Below are positions 23,089 to 24,000 of a stretch of 24,000 nucleotides of DNA, piece after piece (position 1 is the stretch's first letter; every line of letters starts with the position of its first letter). The stretch lies in assembly GCA_963752255.1 (NCBI GenBank), contig CAVVXT010000006.1, forward strand, positions 13,192-37,191. Direction: 5' to 3'. A program made the position numbers and the translations under genes. This DNA is from Nitrososphaeria archaeon (GTDB lineage: Archaea; Thermoproteota; Nitrososphaeria; JACIWG01). Below the pieces are notes generated by a model. That model did not search any database and was not told where the DNA came from. It was given only the letters and a program-made list of their open reading frames with translations.

Positions 23089-24000
23089 TTACCCTCTAGT
23101 CTTAAATTTGCGTATTAAATATACCTTGATTGGATCGTTGATTAGGAAGGTCACTAACAGCGTATAACCGAGGATTGCAAGCACAGGCATATAGCCAAGT
23201 GGAGCAAGCTCTAAGACACCTAAGATGGAGATAGCAATCACCAACAAGACTTCCGTTAAAACTGTAATACTCAATATCTTACTAGGCCGAGACTTCCAGA
23301 AATGATTCCGCTCACGAACAATCATAAGAGTGAATACACCTTCAAGATTCAGATAAGCAAACCCGAAAGTATAGATCTTATCCACGTTCCCGATCAGCCC
23401 AAAATACGATAAACCAGCCACAGCAAAGATCACGCTTTCAATCGTCATCAGTATGCTCAGTGATCCGCTGACTCCGAACAGCCGTGAGACATCGAAGGTA
23501 TCAGGCTTCAGAGAAGATCGCACGTTGTCTGTAGATATAGACATCGAGACAAAGTCGCCTAGGAAAATCAGCAGCACCGATCCCGTTATTGATAACATAA
23601 ATGAGTGAGTAAGAAACAGCATCACAACTATGAACCCGACGTTAAACAACTTTCGGGCAACCATCATCAACGCCCAACTATAGATTCTCTGGTAAATCGT
23701 CCTGGACGTCTTGATCATAGCTATTATTCCGCCAAGCCCCTCAACAGTGAGCACGGCACTTGCAGAATCTTTAGCGATGTCTGTCGCATTTTTCACCGCG
23801 ATTCCCACTTCCGCCTGTCCCAAAGCTGGGGCGTCGTTTACGCCGTCTCCGGTCATTCCGACCACATGTCCTATGTGTTGAAGGGTCTTGACTATAGTGA
23901 ACTTGTCTTCAGGATAAATCTGGGCGATGCCGTTACTGTCTTCGATTGTTGAGTCAAGAGGTTTCACTTTGGTTTCAGCTTCCTGAATCTTTGACATCGT
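23089..24000 (-). CDS. P-type ATPase, C-terminal part (type III/II-like cation or proton pump), running off the window edge
   Basis: VGMTGDGVNDAPALGQAEVGIAV is the hinge motif. It is followed by TSRTIYQRIYSW and four C-terminal transmembrane helices. The frame is open to the window end. Confidence 0.9.
   Translation of the reverse strand, partial: TMSKIQEAETKVKPLDSTIEDSNGIAQIYPEDKFTIVKTLQHIGHVVGMTGDGVNDAPALGQAEVGIAVKNATDIAKDSASAVLTVEGLGGIIAMIKTSRTIYQRIYSWALMMVARKLFNVGFIVVMLFLTHSFMLSITGSVLLIFLGDFVSMSISTDNVRSSLKPDTFDVSRLFGVSGSLSILMTIESVIFAVAGLSYFGLIGNVDKIYTFGFAYLNLEGVFTLMIVRERNHFWKSRPSKILSITVLTEVLLVIAISILGVLELAPLGYMPVLAILGYTLLVTFLINDPIKVYLIRKFKTRG

Noticed and set aside
1-24000. I scanned the intergenic regions for tRNA, rRNA and CRISPR arrays.
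   Set aside because: I found no T-loop or acceptor-stem-like sequence, no rRNA-like segment, and no regularly spaced short direct repeats.

Overview
This 24 kb window looks archaeal. It has an aRF1-type translation factor, TATA-like boxes about 25 nt upstream of several starts, and an IS200/IS605 element. I found no rRNA, tRNA or CRISPR array.

Most of the content is accessory metabolism and membrane genes:
- an AEC-family transporter
- three aldo/keto reductases, one frameshifted and two forming a ~1.2 kb segmental duplication
- two GNAT acetyltransferases
- a UroD-family protein
- a basic protein plus a GT-B glycosyltransferase-like pair
- a split VIT1/CCC1 iron transporter
- a membrane / beta-sandwich pair and several small membrane proteins
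- a membrane-tethered ArsR-type wHTH
- a zinc-ribbon membrane protein, a PepSY-like protein and a GYD protein
- a signal-less ModA-like binding protein
- an NAD(P)H-binding oxidoreductase
- the C-terminus of a P-type ATPase

The most interesting object is the aRF1-fold gene at 9690-10949 (minus strand). Its GGQ loop reads GGE, and all three stop-codon-reading motifs (GTS, NIKS, YxCxxxF) are also substituted. That makes it a probable non-releasing aRF1 paralogue.

Other notable points:
- The window is rich in interrupted genes: AKR, VIT1, tnpB, an enolase-family stub and a tnpA stub.
- One IS200/IS605 copy has an intact tnpA and a badly decayed tnpB. A second, related left-end hairpin sits next to a tnpA-like remnant.
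- The AKR duplication has a mosaic identity profile and a conserved direct-repeat/TATA motif.
- One pair of divergent ORFs overlaps antisense.

All calls come from reading the sequence and translations by eye. No database search was run.
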